Of a stretch of 64,000 nucleotides of DNA, positions 59,638 through 64,000 are shown in pieces. The notes under the pieces were generated by a model. It had not been told where the DNA came from and made no database searches. It worked only from the letters and a program-made list of their open reading frames with translations. Every line of letters begins with the position of its first letter. Within the stretch, counting starts at the first letter, position 1. Position numbers and translations under genes: made by a program. Source of the DNA: Octopus vulgaris. Its lineage: Eukaryota. Location of the stretch: the NCBI GenBank assembly GCA_951406725.2, contig OX597839.1, forward strand, positions 40,672,001 through 40,736,000, written 5' to 3'.

Positions 59638-60089
59638 ATATAATCCCCATCATCATCATCATAATCATCGTCGTCGTCGTCGTCATAATCATCGTCATCC
59701 ACATCATCATCATCATCACCATCATCATTATCATCAACGTATAGTCGTCATTGTTATCATTGTCGCCTCCTCATCATCATCATCAGCATCATCATCATCA
59801 TCGTCGTCGTTATCATCATAATCGTTCATCGTCATCGTCGTCATCATTCATTCGCCCCTCCTCCTCCTCAGCATCATCATCATCATCATCATCGTCGTCG
59901 TCATCGCCAACATCTTTTCCTTCTTCTCATCCACATCCTTCCATCCTTCTTTTAAAGTGCACCAATTTTATTGTTGTTGTTGTTGGTGGTGGTGGTGGTG
60001 GTGGTGGTGGTGGTGGTGGTGGTGGTGGTGGTGGTGATTGTATTACCCTTGTTTAGAATTGCTCCTGTAATTGGTACTACAACTGTTGC

Positions 60090-60161
<72 letters not shown>

Positions 60162-60170
60162 CATTATTAT
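58815..60170. repeat. Compound (TCT)n/(CAT)n/(CGT)n/(GGT)n/(ATT)n array
   Basis: Direct reading; source of the spurious 329-aa ORF. Confidence 0.95.
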
Positions 60171-60404
60171 TAGTGTTGTTCTTGTTCCTGTTGCGATTGT
60201 TTTCCGCTGTAATCCGTAAGTAAAATGGCGTGCTGACTATAAATTTGATTATCAAATCTTTTGTCAAATATCTTTGGACGATTTAATACGATTTTGTCAA
60301 TTGCTAAAATCTACAGCGAACAATGGCGCCGTTTTCTGGCGCGCGATTTCTTTTATTTAAACGAATTTTATTTTTGTCTTCAAATTATATAACAAATATG
60401 CATG

Positions 60405-60437
<33 letters not shown>

Positions 60438-60529
60438 ATATCTGTGTGTGTGTGTGCGCATGTATGCATTCGTGCATGTGTGTCTGTATGATATTCGTAC
60501 ATATATATGTATCTGCATATAAGTGCGTG

Positions 60530-60578
<49 letters not shown>

Positions 60579-61515
60579 ATACATATATGCATGCATAAAT
60601 ATATGAATTTACATATAGACTTATTTGAACACATCCATACACTACCTGCATACATACATGGATTCCTACAAACACAGTCACACAAAGACATATCTATTGT
60701 ATATATATATATATATGCATATGCATATATAAATATGTGTATGTATGTATGTATACAAGCATACACACGTATATAAATATATATGTATATATATACATAC
60801 ACACAAATACAGACACATACACATCCACTCACATAAACACACATATATATATATATATATATATACATTCCGTCTCTCTCTCACTCGCCCATTCCCTCTT
60901 TATATATACATACACATATACAAAGCATTAATTACACCCTCATCATGCAACAAGATCTTTCTTTGGGATTTAAATCGACGAAATTAGCCGAGCAACCTCT
61001 CGCATTATTTCAAGTGAGAGATATTTCTATTTTATTTTATTCATTTTTAAAACATTTTCATTACCATTACCAGCAGCAGCACCAGCAGCAGCAGCAGCAG
61101 GAGTAGCGGTTCAGGTGGGGGTGGCGTTGGGGGTCGCAGGTGGGGCATTGTGGACCGTGTTGGTTTATTTTTTAACATTTTGTATTTTAGTGATTATCTG
61201 CGCAAGAACAAAATGGCGCCTCTAGATTTTGTTGGATTTTATTGCTTCTTGTTCATATATATGACGTGCAAAGATGAATGTGTCCATACGTATGCGTGTG
61301 TATGTGAGGACAGAGTGTTGATTGTGGCAATTGTAAAGTGTATTGTAGCATGTATGTCAACACACTCATTTGCACACAGATGTATACACACACACACACA
61401 TATATATGCATATATATATATATGCATAAATATATATGAATATTTATATAGATAGATAGATGGATAAATAGATAGATAGATAGATAGATTGATAGATAGA
61501 TATATAGATAGATAT

Positions 61516-61594
<79 letters not shown>

Positions 61595-61599
61595 TTTAT

Positions 61600-61676
<77 letters not shown>

Positions 61677-61846
61677 GAGATAGATAGATAGATAGAAAAA
61701 TAGATAGAAAAATAGATAGATAGATATATAAATAGACAGAAAGGCAAACAGACAGACAGATAACTATGGATATACACTCATACACACAGATGCAAACAGA
61801 CAGACAGATAACTATGGATATACACTCATACACACAGATGCAAACG

Positions 61847-61896
<50 letters not shown>

Positions 61897-62008
61897 AACT
61901 GTGCCAGTGCCTTACTCATCATTTACTTACGCATTTTGCATAATTTTTCCATTTTATATATATATATGTGCGTGTGTGTGTATATATATATGTGTGTGTG
62001 TATATATA

Positions 62009-62049
<41 letters not shown>

Positions 62050-62306
62050 TCCTTACATATATCATTCTTTCCTACCTCTCTATCACTGTATGTATGTAAT
62101 GCTTGTATGCATATATGTATGTATGTATATATACTTATATCTGTTCATCTGTTTTTATATATACACACACATACACACGTACACACATGTGCGAATATAT
62201 ATATATATATATATATGTATATTGATATAGAAACAGATAGGTGTATATATATATATATTGATATATATATATATATATATAAAAGATACGTGTATATATA
62301 TACATA

Positions 62307-62381
<75 letters not shown>

Positions 62382-62509
62382 CCTAGATGTGTTTGCATGT
62401 GTGTGTGTACGTATCTAGTTAAGCCGATATGAGTTACCTACATATATATACTACGCATATGTATAGACATACATGATTATACATACACATACATGCCTAG
62501 ATGTGTCTG

Positions 62510-62546
<37 letters not shown>

Positions 62547-62696
62547 CTAGTTAAGCGTAGGAATAGTTACCTACATATATAAAATTACATCATATTGATT
62601 AAGAAGATAGATTACACAAAGCAGAACACGGTGGAGAAAAAAACAACTGGAGCGCCATCTGCAATAATAATGATATCAACAACAACAGCAATGATG

Positions 62697-62771
<75 letters not shown>

Positions 62772-62782
62772 TGATGATGATG

Positions 62783-62836
<54 letters not shown>

Positions 62837-62840
62837 GTAG

Positions 62841-62871
<31 letters not shown>

Positions 62872-62878
62872 AATAGTT

Positions 62879-62911
<33 letters not shown>

Positions 62912-63193
62912 ACAACAACACCACACAAGAATAACAACAACAACAACACCAACGACAATATAGACAATAAATGCACGAACAACAACTACTTAAGAATAAC
63001 TGCAACAGCCTCTAGGATAACAATAACAACAACAACAACAATGTTGAGATGTACTTTAAAATCATTTCATTATCGACTTCATTATTTAATTATATTAAAG
63101 TAATTATTCAACTCACCTTCTCACTGAATCAGCGAAAAATTTGCTCGAGTACGTACGTGTATGCGTGTCAGTGTGTGTACATATATATATATA

Positions 63194-63304
<111 letters not shown>

Positions 63305-63311
63305 GTATATG

Positions 63312-63394
<83 letters not shown>

Positions 63395-63596
63395 TATATA
63401 TGAATATATACGCACGTACACACACAAACATATATGTATAAGTTATAGAGAAATGCAAGCATAATGATCATATATATGTGTACATATGTTTGTGTGTATG
63501 TGTGTGTGCGTGATTGTGTACTTTTTTTTTAATTATTCAAATCTTTTCCAAAATATAGGAATTCGTGTCTAAGAATGAAACAAAGATCCATCGCTA

Positions 63597-63643
<47 letters not shown>

Positions 63644-63687
63644 AGCATGCCTCCACATTTCTATTCATAGATGTGTATGTACATATA

Positions 63688-63743
<56 letters not shown>

Positions 63744-63768
63744 ATATATATATGCATACATATATATG

Positions 63769-63799
<31 letters not shown>

Positions 63800-63888
63800 A
63801 TACATATATATATATATATATATATATATCTTTCTTCCTTTCCTATCATTTCTCCACGTGCGGTTAAATCAACCCCACCATTTACTGA

Positions 63889-63947
<59 letters not shown>

Positions 63948-63962
63948 GTATGTATATATGTA

Positions 63963-64000
<38 letters not shown>

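Noticed and set aside
60220-61220. Three YY1-like AATGGCG motifs
   Set aside because: Short motifs spread over 1 kb with no other promoter evidence.

Overview
This is AT-rich eukaryotic intergenic or intronic DNA saturated with (TA)n, (CA)n, (GATA)n, (TATG)n, (TAA)n, (GAT)n and (GAA)n microsatellites. The repeat make-up is most consistent with an octopus or other coleoid cephalopod genome (inference). Almost every ORF in the supplied track is a microsatellite artefact. The one confident gene is an intact tRNA-Ile(AAT) at 35026-35099. The rest is mobile DNA: four tRNA-derived SINE families; decayed RTE, R4/Dong and L1/Tx1 LINE pieces; a GIY-YIG endonuclease relic of a Penelope-like element (PLE); Helitrons; and a mariner-type MITE. 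The main observation is a set of short (200-750 bp) sequence-diverse elements sitting in or beside (TA)n tracts. Many have inverted (fold-back) ends, and together they carry at least 11 type I hammerhead ribozyme motifs that I folded by eye. These have short, mostly palindromic stem III and several core variants (U4C in three families, a G3-C8 swap, U3-A8). One element is a 366-nt circularly permuted rod-like monomer resembling a retrozyme. No folding, alignment or database search was run; all structures and family assignments were read manually.
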